From SAR202 cluster bacterium (lineage in GTDB: Bacteria > Chloroflexota > Dehalococcoidia > Lucifugimonadales > GCA-2719675): DNA of 64,000 nucleotides. The notes below the pieces were generated by a model. It did no database searches, was not told where the DNA came from, and saw only the letters and a program-made list of their open reading frames with translations. Position numbers and translations under genes: made by a program. The stretch lies in contig VFGW01000020.1 of the NCBI GenBank assembly GCA_009392295.1, forward strand, positions 4,616 to 68,615, given 5' to 3'. Shown here one piece after another: positions 28,496 through 37,057 of this stretch. Numbering within the stretch: position 1 is the stretch's first letter; every line of letters begins with the position of its first letter.

Positions 28496-28680
28496 TTAGA
28501 AATTATAGAAAATTTAAATTCAATTGGAGTATTATTTGGGTGTTCCAATTTATTGCTAGTACTTCTTGGATGGCTTCAGTTTTCGTTTATGGGTCATTTA
28601 CGTTAGGTGATTATTTACAATTAATAGCCGCATCTTCATGGACTATATCAAATTTAATTAGCTTATTTAAAGTTAATTAA
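28489..28680 (+). CDS. Small two-TM membrane protein, translationally coupled to the flavoprotein gene
   Basis: ATG 28489 overlaps the upstream stop (ATGCTGA). It is a 63-codon stop-free frame in AT-rich DNA with two hydrophobic helices (WSIIWVFQFIASTSWMASVFVYG; LQLIAASSWTISNLISLF). The track start TTG 28471 is less likely. Confidence 0.45.
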   Translation: MLIRNYRKFKFNWSIIWVFQFIASTSWMASVFVYGSFTLGDYLQLIAASSWTISNLISLFKVN

Positions 28681-28907
28681 TATTTAGTTTATTTAAAAAT
28701 TATATTCAAAAGTAAGATGATTTTTTAAAAATTTCTCTAGTTAATCATAACGCGAATCTTTAAAGGTAGGATCATTTAATTAATTATTATTAGCAAATTA
28801 CTTGAAGATACCTAAGAAAACATTATGACGTACTTTAAAATTTAATCGAAATTATTTATATTTCTATTAATTGGTTTTACATATAAGGTCGCTTGGAGCA
28901 CAATTAA

Positions 28908-30146
28908 ATGAATTTTATAGCATTAATAGTTTTAATTTTTATTTCTTTAGAATTTTTATTTAACACTTTGGCAGCGATTATGAATTTAAAAAATTTGAAA
29001 TTAATTGCTCCAGAATCGGTGCGAGATGTGTTTACTGAATCTGAATATAAAAAATCACAACAATATTTAAGACATAACACAATTTTTGATTTAATAACAG
29101 AAGCCTTGAAATTTTCAATATTATTAATATTTTGGTTTACAGGTTCCTTTCAACTCTTAGATGATTACGTAAAATCGTTTGAAATGACTGAAATTTATTC
29201 TGGATTGATATATATAGGCTTGATACTTACTGGATATATTTTATTAGGATTGCTGACATCAATATATTCAGTTTTCGTTATAGAGGAAAAATTTGGATTT
29301 AATAAAACAACTCCAATAATATTTGTATCTGATTTCATCAAGACGATAGTTTTATTTGTATTAATTGGTTTGCCCATCATATTTTCTATTTTATGGTTTT
29401 TTGAATATATGGGAAATTTTGCCTGGCTTTATTGCTGGATATTAGTAGCGTTAGCTTCAATAGTTATTCAAGTTGTGGCACCAATTTGGATAATGCCTTT
29501 ATTTAATAAATTCACTAATTTATCAGATGGGACTTTAAAAAATAAAATTTCTAAATATGCCCAGGAAGTTGGTTTTGAATTTAAAAATATTCAGATAATG
29601 GATGGTTCTAAACGTTCTTCAAAAGCGAATGCTTTTTTTACTGGATTTGGTAAAAGTAAAAAAATAGCATTTTTTGATACTATGATTGAAGATCATTCAG
29701 AAGATGAAATTATTGCAGTATTAGCTCATGAAATTGGGCATTATAAATTGAAGCATATACTTAAAGCTACTGTATTGAGTATTGTAAATTCGGGTGTTAT
29801 TTTTTTCATGATGTCTTTAGTGATAAAAAATCAATTAATTTTTGATGCATTTTATCTAGAAAATATTTCTACTTATGCAGGCTTTATCATTTTTGGAATT
29901 TTGTATTCCCCTATTTCTCTAATCATATCAATATTTTCGAATTATTATTCCAGAATAAATGAAATAAATGCTGATAAGTGGAGTATTGAAACTACCGGAC
30001 TTGTAATTGAGTTAGGTGACGCACTGAAAAGATTAGCTAGGAATAATTTGGTTAATTTGTCTCCTCATCCATTTTATGTTTTTTTGCATTACACTCATCC
30101 ACCATTAATTGATAGGTTAGAAATTATTAAAAATCTTAATAAATAA
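28908..30146 (+). CDS. M48-family zinc metalloprotease (Ste24/HtpX-like, CAAX-protease type)
   Basis: Multi-TM N-terminal half, HEXXH motif LAHEIGHYKLKH, and downstream NEINADKW plus YTHPPLIDR, typical of M48A. Confidence 0.85.
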   Translation: MNFIALIVLIFISLEFLFNTLAAIMNLKNLKLIAPESVRDVFTESEYKKSQQYLRHNTIFDLITEALKFSILLIFWFTGSFQLLDDYVKSFEMTEIYSGLIYIGLILTGYILLGLLTSIYSVFVIEEKFGFNKTTPIIFVSDFIKTIVLFVLIGLPIIFSILWFFEYMGNFAWLYCWILVALASIVIQVVAPIWIMPLFNKFTNLSDGTLKNKISKYAQEVGFEFKNIQIMDGSKRSSKANAFFTGFGKSKKIAFFDTMIEDHSEDEIIAVLAHEIGHYKLKHILKATVLSIVNSGVIFFMMSLVIKNQLIFDAFYLENISTYAGFIIFGILYSPISLIISIFSNYYSRINEINADKWSIETTGLVIELGDALKRLARNNLVNLSPHPFYVFLHYTHPPLIDRLEIIKNLNK

Positions 30147-30148
30147 AA

Positions 30149-31165
30149 TTATAATTCTACAATCATTTGCAGTTCATCCGTAGGGGTTTTTAACTTTTCA
30201 AATATCTGAGGGATTTCTTCTAATTTAATGAAACTTTCTTTAGGTAGCATCATATCTAAATCAATTTTTTTCGATTCAATTAACTTCATTGCAATTTTCC
30301 AGTCTTCTGGGTGAGCCCCAAATGTGGATTTAATGGAGATTTCTCTTGCTTGCCAATCAATAGGTTTGAAAAATATATTGTCCCAAGGAACACCTACTAA
30401 CATTACTTGTCCATTTCTTTTTGTTCCATTTAATGCATCATTGAATGTGTTATTAACACATGCACAATCGTATACAATATCTGCTCCCAATCCATCACAT
30501 ATAGATACTAAATTTTCGACCAAGTCCGATTTTTTGGGATTTAAAACTTTTGTTGCTCCCAAAATTGATGCAGTTTCACGTCTTAGTTTTGATGGTTCGG
30601 AAACAATTATTTCTAAAGCCCCAGAAATTTTTGCTACTTGAGTTAAGAATAATCCGATTGGTCCTGCGCCAATAATTCCTATTTTGCCCCCAATTGTTAA
30701 CTTTGACAATCTGACTGCCCTGACTGCTACAGCTAAGGGTTCACATAGTGCTGCATGTGGATCTGAAACAGAATCAGGAATTTTCATTGGTTCCCATTCT
30801 TCCATAACAATATATTCTGCGTATGCGCGAATAGGTTTGCCTTTGAACCCATCTACACGATAGTTAAACCTGGGTAATATAGCGAATCCAGCACCTTTGC
30901 CTGGAGGTGGTGTTCCACCACCTCCTACAACCCTGTCATTTATTTTTAGCTTTGTCACATCTTTTCCAATTTCAACAATTGTTCCACAATATTCGTGCCC
31001 CATTACGGTTCCTATTGGTAGAGCATCATACATATATGCGTGTACATCAGTACCACAAATAGCACTGAAATTTAATTTGATTAAAACCTGTTTTGGGCCA
31101 GGTTGTGGAGTATCGATTTCTTCAATTTTTATTGTTTGATTACCTTTGTAAACAGCAGCTTTCAT
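30149..31165 (-). CDS. Zinc-dependent alcohol/polyol dehydrogenase (MDR family, threonine/sorbitol dehydrogenase-like)
   Basis: CGTDVH, GHEYCGTIVEIG, and Rossmann motif IGIIGAGPIGL. Confidence 0.85.
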   Translation of the reverse strand: MKAAVYKGNQTIKIEEIDTPQPGPKQVLIKLNFSAICGTDVHAYMYDALPIGTVMGHEYCGTIVEIGKDVTKLKINDRVVGGGGTPPPGKGAGFAILPRFNYRVDGFKGKPIRAYAEYIVMEEWEPMKIPDSVSDPHAALCEPLAVAVRAVRLSKLTIGGKIGIIGAGPIGLFLTQVAKISGALEIIVSEPSKLRRETASILGATKVLNPKKSDLVENLVSICDGLGADIVYDCACVNNTFNDALNGTKRNGQVMLVGVPWDNIFFKPIDWQAREISIKSTFGAHPEDWKIAMKLIESKKIDLDMMLPKESFIKLEEIPQIFEKLKTPTDELQMIVEL

Positions 31166-31177
31166 ATTGGTACCATT

Positions 31178-32551
31178 TTATAGATTATTTTTTGTTTTAG
31201 ATCGACTTTTGTTTCTATAATCAGGAGCACGGATTTTTATTATTTGACTGACAGCAGGATCTTGTACTCTTGAAGTAATTGGATCAAGTATGTCTTCAAA
31301 CTCAAGCATTGAAGTTATTACGGTAGGTAGTTGTGCATTATGTCTATAAACAATTATTTGATAAAGCTTTTCAACAGCCCATTGGCTACTTCTTTCTTTG
31401 CCTAAATCATCTAGAATTAATAATGGTGTTTTTTTAACAGAATCAAAGCGGTCTTCGTAATTGATTTCACTTTTTGGGTCAAATGCTTGTCTTAAGTAAT
31501 CTAGTAATTCAGGTACAAAAGTGAAAAATGGAGTGTCACCTAATTCTATTCTTCTGTTTGCAATAGAAATAGCTAAATGTGTTTTTCCTACACCCGTTTC
31601 GCCATATAATGTTAACCAACCTTCAGGATTTTCAGCAAAAATTTTACAAGCTTTATATGCTGACTCAATTGTATATATTTGTTCTTTTGTAGCAAAATTG
31701 CCTTTAGGGTTAAATTTTTTGAAAGTCATGTTATGTAGTAATTTAGGTTCTATGTGTCCCAAATTAAACTTACTATCTTCTCTACTTGTTTTGAAAGAAT
31801 AAATTTTGCTGATATGATTTGATTGTAAACGAGAAAGAATTTGGTCGTCGATATTTTCTAAGTGTCCATTGATAGTAAATATGGTAGGCAATTCCGCATT
31901 GAACCTATGGCCTATGACTTGTCTAAGTTTTTCTTCTGCCCATGGAGATGTATTATGGCTTCCAAGCTCGTCTAATATAAGTATTTCAGCAGTGTTTATT
32001 TGTTCAAAAATGTCACTATATTCTAAATTATCATTTGGATAAAAAGTTGACCTAAGGTGATCCAAAAGATCAGGCACTCTTGAGAAAAAAACGATTCTTC
32101 CGTCTTCAATACATTTGTTTCCAATTGCTGCGGCAAGATGTGTTTTTCCACTTCCTGAAGAACCAGTGAATACTAACCAATTTTTTGGATTTTCAGAGAA
32201 TTTTATAGAATCTTTGAATGCTTCAGTAAAATTTTCAGAATTTTCTTGTGTGTAGTTGATTCCATTAGGTTTTGTATTATTGAAAGTGCATTTATTTAAA
32301 TAACCTAGGTTACTATATTTGATAAGTCTTTTTGTTCTTTCTATATTTATTTTTGCTTGTTGGCATTGGCAAATAAATGGCTTTCCAAAGTCAGGATGAT
32401 CTATTGGTAAATCAATAGTAATCCACCCTTTATCACTACAGTTGTCACAAGAAACTTCTTTATTGATATTTTCTTCAATTTTTGAAATTTGTTTATCTTT
32501 TGAAGTATTTCCCGTATCCAGTTTTTTCAGAATTTCCGAGAGTTCTTCCAT
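31178..32551 (-). CDS. DnaC/DnaI-like helicase loader with N-terminal Cys4 module and two tandem AAA+ (IstB/DnaC-type) domains
   Basis: Cys4 module: CDNC...CQC. Module 1: FTGSSGSGKTHLAAAIGN, LILDELG, ILSRL. Module 2: LYGETGVGKTHLAISIAN, LILDDLG, ITSRV. It is the last gene of the dnaB - dnaD-like operon. Confidence 0.7.
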   Translation of the reverse strand: MEELSEILKKLDTGNTSKDKQISKIEENINKEVSCDNCSDKGWITIDLPIDHPDFGKPFICQCQQAKINIERTKRLIKYSNLGYLNKCTFNNTKPNGINYTQENSENFTEAFKDSIKFSENPKNWLVFTGSSGSGKTHLAAAIGNKCIEDGRIVFFSRVPDLLDHLRSTFYPNDNLEYSDIFEQINTAEILILDELGSHNTSPWAEEKLRQVIGHRFNAELPTIFTINGHLENIDDQILSRLQSNHISKIYSFKTSREDSKFNLGHIEPKLLHNMTFKKFNPKGNFATKEQIYTIESAYKACKIFAENPEGWLTLYGETGVGKTHLAISIANRRIELGDTPFFTFVPELLDYLRQAFDPKSEINYEDRFDSVKKTPLLILDDLGKERSSQWAVEKLYQIIVYRHNAQLPTVITSMLEFEDILDPITSRVQDPAVSQIIKIRAPDYRNKSRSKTKNNL

Positions 32552-33140
32552 TAGTTTTTCCTTCTGTGTTCCATGTTTCTAAAATCGTGTGTATATATTT
32601 CCAATTTCTTTTATTTCTTGTTACAGATTCTTTTACAGCATCAATCACCCAATTGAAGGGATATTTTTTTTCAGCTTCAATGAGTTCATCAACAATCATT
32701 GGGTTCAGTAGCCCTATATTGTTTTCGTATAGTTCAAAAATATTTTTCGGTTTTTTGTAATTTATTTCTAGGGTGTTTGTTGCTGAAGGAGAGTTACTTT
32801 CTTCTAGAAAATTTTTTATAAAAAATACTATTTGTTTTTCTCTAGTTATATTGTTGGAATAAATTTTTTTATTTATTAATTTATAATCAATCAAATTATT
32901 GCAAATTTGTTTTAATTTTTCGTGGTTTTTTACGGAGATTGAATTTTCGCATTTCAATAATTGATTAATTTTTGAATCATTTAAGATTTCTTCAAATGAA
33001 ACCACTGTAGAATTTTGTTTTTTTTGTAGTAAAAATATAATTCTTAAGAAAATTTTAATTTCTAGAAGGGTATTTAGAGATTCAATAGATTTGTTTATAA
33101 TATTACTGGAGATATTAATTAGGAAGTCATTATTTTTCAT
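32493..33140 (-). CDS. DnaD-domain replication initiation/primosome protein
   Basis: The C-terminal segment YENNIGLLNPMIVDELIEAEKKYPFNWVIDAVKESVTRNKRNWKYIHTILETWNTEG fits the DnaD/DnaB_2 domain pattern (fe.n.g.l.p.....l..w......i..A..ea......n..Yi..IL..W). There is an ATGA overlap with dnaB. Confidence 0.6.
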   Translation of the reverse strand: MKNNDFLINISSNIINKSIESLNTLLEIKIFLRIIFLLQKKQNSTVVSFEEILNDSKINQLLKCENSISVKNHEKLKQICNNLIDYKLINKKIYSNNITREKQIVFFIKNFLEESNSPSATNTLEINYKKPKNIFELYENNIGLLNPMIVDELIEAEKKYPFNWVIDAVKESVTRNKRNWKYIHTILETWNTEGKTNGRTLGNSEKTGYGKYFKR

Positions 33141-34531
33141 GAATCTGTGGAAATTCTTTCTGGACGAGTGTCTAAGCTTTCAAAAGTTACCACATCGTTT
33201 CTAAAATACAGCGGAATAGTACCAGTAGGCCCATTTCTGTGTTTTGCTACAATTATTTCGGCAATGTTTGCAGGATATTGGTCATTTGGGTTTTTCCTTT
33301 CCCACTCAGATTCAGTAGTGTATACGTCTTCTCTGTAAATAAAAGAAACTATGTCTGCGTCTTGTTCAATACTTCCGCTTTCTCTTAAGTCTGATAAAAT
33401 TGGACGATGAGATGGCCTTTGTTCAACAGCTCTGCTTAGTTGTGAACATGCTAAAACAGGAACATTTAAATCCCTAGCCATTCCTTTAAGCGATCTAGAT
33501 ATTTCCCCCATTTCTTGTACTCTGTTTTCAGATTGGCGTGAATTTGCCCTGCTTCCAGTAATTAATTGTAGGTAATCTACAATAATTAAATCTATTCCTG
33601 TTTCAGATTGCATTCTTTTAGCTTTTCCAATCATCTCACTTACAGATTGTATTGGGGTATCATCAATGTAAATTGGTAATTCTGATAATTGTCCAATTGA
33701 ATCTATGACTTTAGTTTCTTCAGCACTGCTTATGAGATTGATTCTTAACCTATGGCTATCTACTCCAGATTGACTGGATAGTAGCCTCATTGCGATTTGT
33801 TCAGCACTCATTTCTAAGCTGAATATCCCTACTTTTAATCCCTGTAAAGAAGCAGCATTTTGTGCAATGTTGAACGCTAATGTGCTTTTTCCAAGACTTG
33901 GTCTAGCAGCAACAACTATCATGTCTGATGGCTGTAATCCTCCACCAAAAATTTTATCTATATCAGGGAACCCAGTTGGAATTGTTGATGAAATTTTTGT
34001 AGAGTCTGAATCAAGAGCGGCAGTTTCTTCCATGTATGTATCAAGTACAGATCTGATGTGTACGAAATCACCGACAGACTGTTCAGAACGAATACCAAAA
34101 AGAAGTTTTTCTGCTTTATTTAATGATGATTCAACATCAGACACTCCATTATATCCAATATCTGCTATTTCAGTTGCTGTAGAAATTAATTTTCTCATAG
34201 TAGATGTTTTTTGTACTATACGAGCATAGTGTTCAATATGTATTGAAGTAGGAACTGATTCTACTAAATATGCTAAATATTCGGTTCCACCAATATCTTC
34301 TAATAGATCATGTGATGATAATTCATGTGAAAGAGTAATCTGATTAATTGGCTCACTTTTTTCAAACAGAGAAATACATGATAAATAACATGATTGGTTT
34401 TTGGATATATAAAAATCTTCTGGTTTAATATAAGAAGTGACCTTACTCAATGAATCTGAGTCAATTAAAATTGATCCTATTACAGCCTCTTCGGCTTCTG
34501 TGTCAAATGGTAATAATCTTTCCGTGTACAT
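33137..34531 (-). CDS. dnaB: Replicative DNA helicase
   Basis: PFDTEAEEAVIGSIL, Walker A AARPSLGKSTLAFN, IFSLEMS, Walker B LIIVDYLQL and AKHRNGPTG. 464 aa with no intein. Confidence 0.95.
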   Translation of the reverse strand: MYTERLLPFDTEAEEAVIGSILIDSDSLSKVTSYIKPEDFYISKNQSCYLSCISLFEKSEPINQITLSHELSSHDLLEDIGGTEYLAYLVESVPTSIHIEHYARIVQKTSTMRKLISTATEIADIGYNGVSDVESSLNKAEKLLFGIRSEQSVGDFVHIRSVLDTYMEETAALDSDSTKISSTIPTGFPDIDKIFGGGLQPSDMIVVAARPSLGKSTLAFNIAQNAASLQGLKVGIFSLEMSAEQIAMRLLSSQSGVDSHRLRINLISSAEETKVIDSIGQLSELPIYIDDTPIQSVSEMIGKAKRMQSETGIDLIIVDYLQLITGSRANSRQSENRVQEMGEISRSLKGMARDLNVPVLACSQLSRAVEQRPSHRPILSDLRESGSIEQDADIVSFIYREDVYTTESEWERKNPNDQYPANIAEIIVAKHRNGPTGTIPLYFRNDVVTFESLDTRPERISTDS

Positions 34532-34583
34532 TTTTCTTCCTTAAGCATTTTTATACAATCAGATATGATTATAATTGGCAAGA

Positions 34584-35342
34584 TTATAAATTAAGTAATT
34601 TGATAGCGTTTAACCCCAATATCTTTTTTTTATCATTGTTTGAAATGTCAGCTGTGATTACTTTAGATATTTGATTCCTGTAATCCATAATGGGCATGTC
34701 AGATCCGAATAAAATCTTATCTGCCAATCCATAATCAACTGCATGCTTGACTGCACGTAATCCGATTCCAGATCCACATGTTTCTAACCAAATGTTTGGA
34801 AGTTCTTTTGCAGTTTGCACAGAGTCAATGTCAGTTCCTCCTCCAGCATGAGCTATAACCCATTTAATATTAGGAAAATCTTTTGTAAATTTTTCATATC
34901 GTTTGAGTTGTGTGGTCCCAGGTGCATCAGTACCATATCTTCCATGACACATAATTGGGATTCCTTTATCGTTTGCCCATTCATAAATTGGTTGGTATCC
35001 TTCAGCATCACTTGATTGTCCGTAATAATCAGGATAAAGTTTTAAAAATTTAAAATTCAGTTCATTAAATGCTCTATCAAGTTCATATATACACTCTTCC
35101 GGGTAATGTGGTGTGACAAATGCTACACCTATAAATCTACCCGGGTACTTGGAAACAAATCTGTTGAAAACTAAATTGTTCGCCCAGTTAGCATCTCCAA
35201 ACCAAATGCAGTTAACACAAGTTGTATCAACTCCGGTAATATCCATTTGTTTGATATAAGTATTTGGGTCGTCAGGAAAAGCTCTATTTGTCCAGCCACC
35301 ACCGTGTGCATGGAAATCAATAATAGGAGTAGTTTCTATCAT
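34584..35342 (-). CDS. Amidohydrolase-2 family metal-dependent hydrolase/decarboxylase (catalytic residues present)
   Basis: IIDFHAHGG (HxH), MCHGRYG, IAHAGGG and ILFGSDMP (Asp) follow the pattern of the ACMSD-type amidohydrolase_2 family. Confidence 0.65.
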   Translation of the reverse strand: MIETTPIIDFHAHGGGWTNRAFPDDPNTYIKQMDITGVDTTCVNCIWFGDANWANNLVFNRFVSKYPGRFIGVAFVTPHYPEECIYELDRAFNELNFKFLKLYPDYYGQSSDAEGYQPIYEWANDKGIPIMCHGRYGTDAPGTTQLKRYEKFTKDFPNIKWVIAHAGGGTDIDSVQTAKELPNIWLETCGSGIGLRAVKHAVDYGLADKILFGSDMPIMDYRNQISKVITADISNNDKKKILGLNAIKLLNL

Positions 35343-36127
35343 TATATTTTGACTCCTGTTAATCTTTCAGTATTTTTTGAGCAGATTGATTTTAGAGTTG
35401 AATCGCTTAAATCATTGTGATGTAAATTGTAAATTTGAGGTGACATTGGTGAGTCAGGAAATCTTGAACCGAATAGAATTCTTTGATCTCCTACAGCATT
35501 TAGTAGCCTTTGTATTCCATCTATTATTACCCACCTTGAAATTTCCACACTTATATTAGGTAAAGAACGAATTAATGGCATTACCCAAGAAAAATCAGCA
35601 TATTTAATTTCAGCTATTACCACATTTAGATTTGGTCTATTTTTTAAAGTGTCATGTAATTGTGTGGGGTCAATATCTATAGAAGGGTGCCAATTTGTTT
35701 CATAATTTACAGGTATCCAAATAGCAATTCCTTCACTTTCCGCCCAGTCTAACCATTCACCTACAACCCATTCAGTAAAAGGGTAGTTGTGTAGAGGGGG
35801 AAAAATTCGAATTGTTTTGACATTTTTTGTTTTGAGTGATTTAGAAAAATCATTAATATTGTCAAAAGTTGGATTAGCACAAAATTGAGGAATTAGTCTT
35901 TTATTATCAGCTATAGTATCAATTAAGATTTGATTACCTTCAGTCGAATCATAAGCTGCGCCATGTGGAGCATATACCAAAGCTTTTGAAACTCCTGTAC
36001 GATCCATTTCAGCTATTGTTCCTTCTACAGAATCTACGTTTACTCTTCTGTCATGTTTGCGTCCAAGTGCTGCATTTGCATCAAATACAGGTACTTTTGG
36101 CATAAAATTAAGGTCTACTTTACCCAT
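35342..36127 (-). CDS. Amidohydrolase-2-like paralog with degenerate metal/catalytic motifs
   Basis: Colinear with the downstream paralog, but the HxH position reads FDANAA and the strand-8 Asp motif reads LFGSRFP. It has a 1-nt TAATG overlap with the next gene. Confidence 0.5.
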   Translation of the reverse strand: MGKVDLNFMPKVPVFDANAALGRKHDRRVNVDSVEGTIAEMDRTGVSKALVYAPHGAAYDSTEGNQILIDTIADNKRLIPQFCANPTFDNINDFSKSLKTKNVKTIRIFPPLHNYPFTEWVVGEWLDWAESEGIAIWIPVNYETNWHPSIDIDPTQLHDTLKNRPNLNVVIAEIKYADFSWVMPLIRSLPNISVEISRWVIIDGIQRLLNAVGDQRILFGSRFPDSPMSPQIYNLHHNDLSDSTLKSICSKNTERLTGVKI

Positions 36128-36317
36128 TGTTTGCTCCTATAGATACTAATAATGATATTAGGCGTAATTTATTCGTGAGTTTAGCAATGGTATTGTTCTA
36201 TGTCAACCGTAATATCATTTAAATCAAATACTAATATTATTGTATTCAAATAGAACAAACTCGCAGCGTATTTGATTCATTTTATTAATCTAATCAGAAC
36301 AATATAATCAAAATTTA

Positions 36318-37019
36318 TCAATTAACTTTGATAGCTTCAAATTCGATTTCAAGTTGGATTAAATCTTTTACACTGACAACAACAAAAACTTTAGGTATAT
36401 CTATTTCAAAAAAGCCGAAATTAAATTCTGTTTTCGCGAGACCTGTGAGTTTGGTTCCGTCGAATTTGCCAGAAACATCCCATGTGATTTCTTTGGATAT
36501 ATCTCTAATTGTTAGAATTCCAACTATTTCAAAATCTAAGTTTTGGTTTGTGGGAGCAGGGAACGGTAGGTTATTAATTTTAGTAATATTGAAGGATGCT
36601 ATGGGGAATTTATTAGATTCGAGAGAGTTTCTTTTAAGGTAATTGTCTCTTCTAGTTGAGTCACTTTTTAGAGAAAGCATATTGACATCGAAAAAAGAAT
36701 TAAAATCAGAAGAAATTTGACCATTTTCTGACAAAACAATTTTTCCTTCTATTTCTTTTGTAGAGCCTATAGCATCGTTAGGTGAAGGTAGCTTAACAAG
36801 TTGTTCGTTTACAATGTAACGAGCTGTTGAATTATCATTTTTTTTAATTACAAACTCAATAGACTTTTTATCAGTATTTTTTGATTTCTGAACTTGAATA
36901 TTTTGAGTTGAGTTGTCTGGAGTTTCAATTTTCTTCGCAGGAGATGTTTGGCATGCAATAGTAAATATCGCAATAATTGAAATTAATATTGTTACCAACT
37001 GATTGTTTATTATAATCAT
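36318..37019 (-). CDS. YceI-like lipoprotein
   Basis: Signal peptide and lipobox (IFTIAC). The C-terminal domain has the YceI pattern SDSTRRDNYLK...FPIASF...GILTIRDISKEITWDV. Confidence 0.6.
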   Translation of the reverse strand: MIIINNQLVTILISIIAIFTIACQTSPAKKIETPDNSTQNIQVQKSKNTDKKSIEFVIKKNDNSTARYIVNEQLVKLPSPNDAIGSTKEIEGKIVLSENGQISSDFNSFFDVNMLSLKSDSTRRDNYLKRNSLESNKFPIASFNITKINNLPFPAPTNQNLDFEIVGILTIRDISKEITWDVSGKFDGTKLTGLAKTEFNFGFFEIDIPKVFVVVSVKDLIQLEIEFEAIKVN

Positions 37020-37057
37020 TTTTAATTATTTAGTTAATAATACACATAAAGTATAAA

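Noticed and set aside
34532-34583. Replication origin near the dnaB operon, or in the long AT-rich spacers (e.g. 8952..9255)
   Set aside because: I could not find clustered DnaA-box-like 9-mers (TTATCCACA and close variants). No dnaA or dnaN gene is present in the window.
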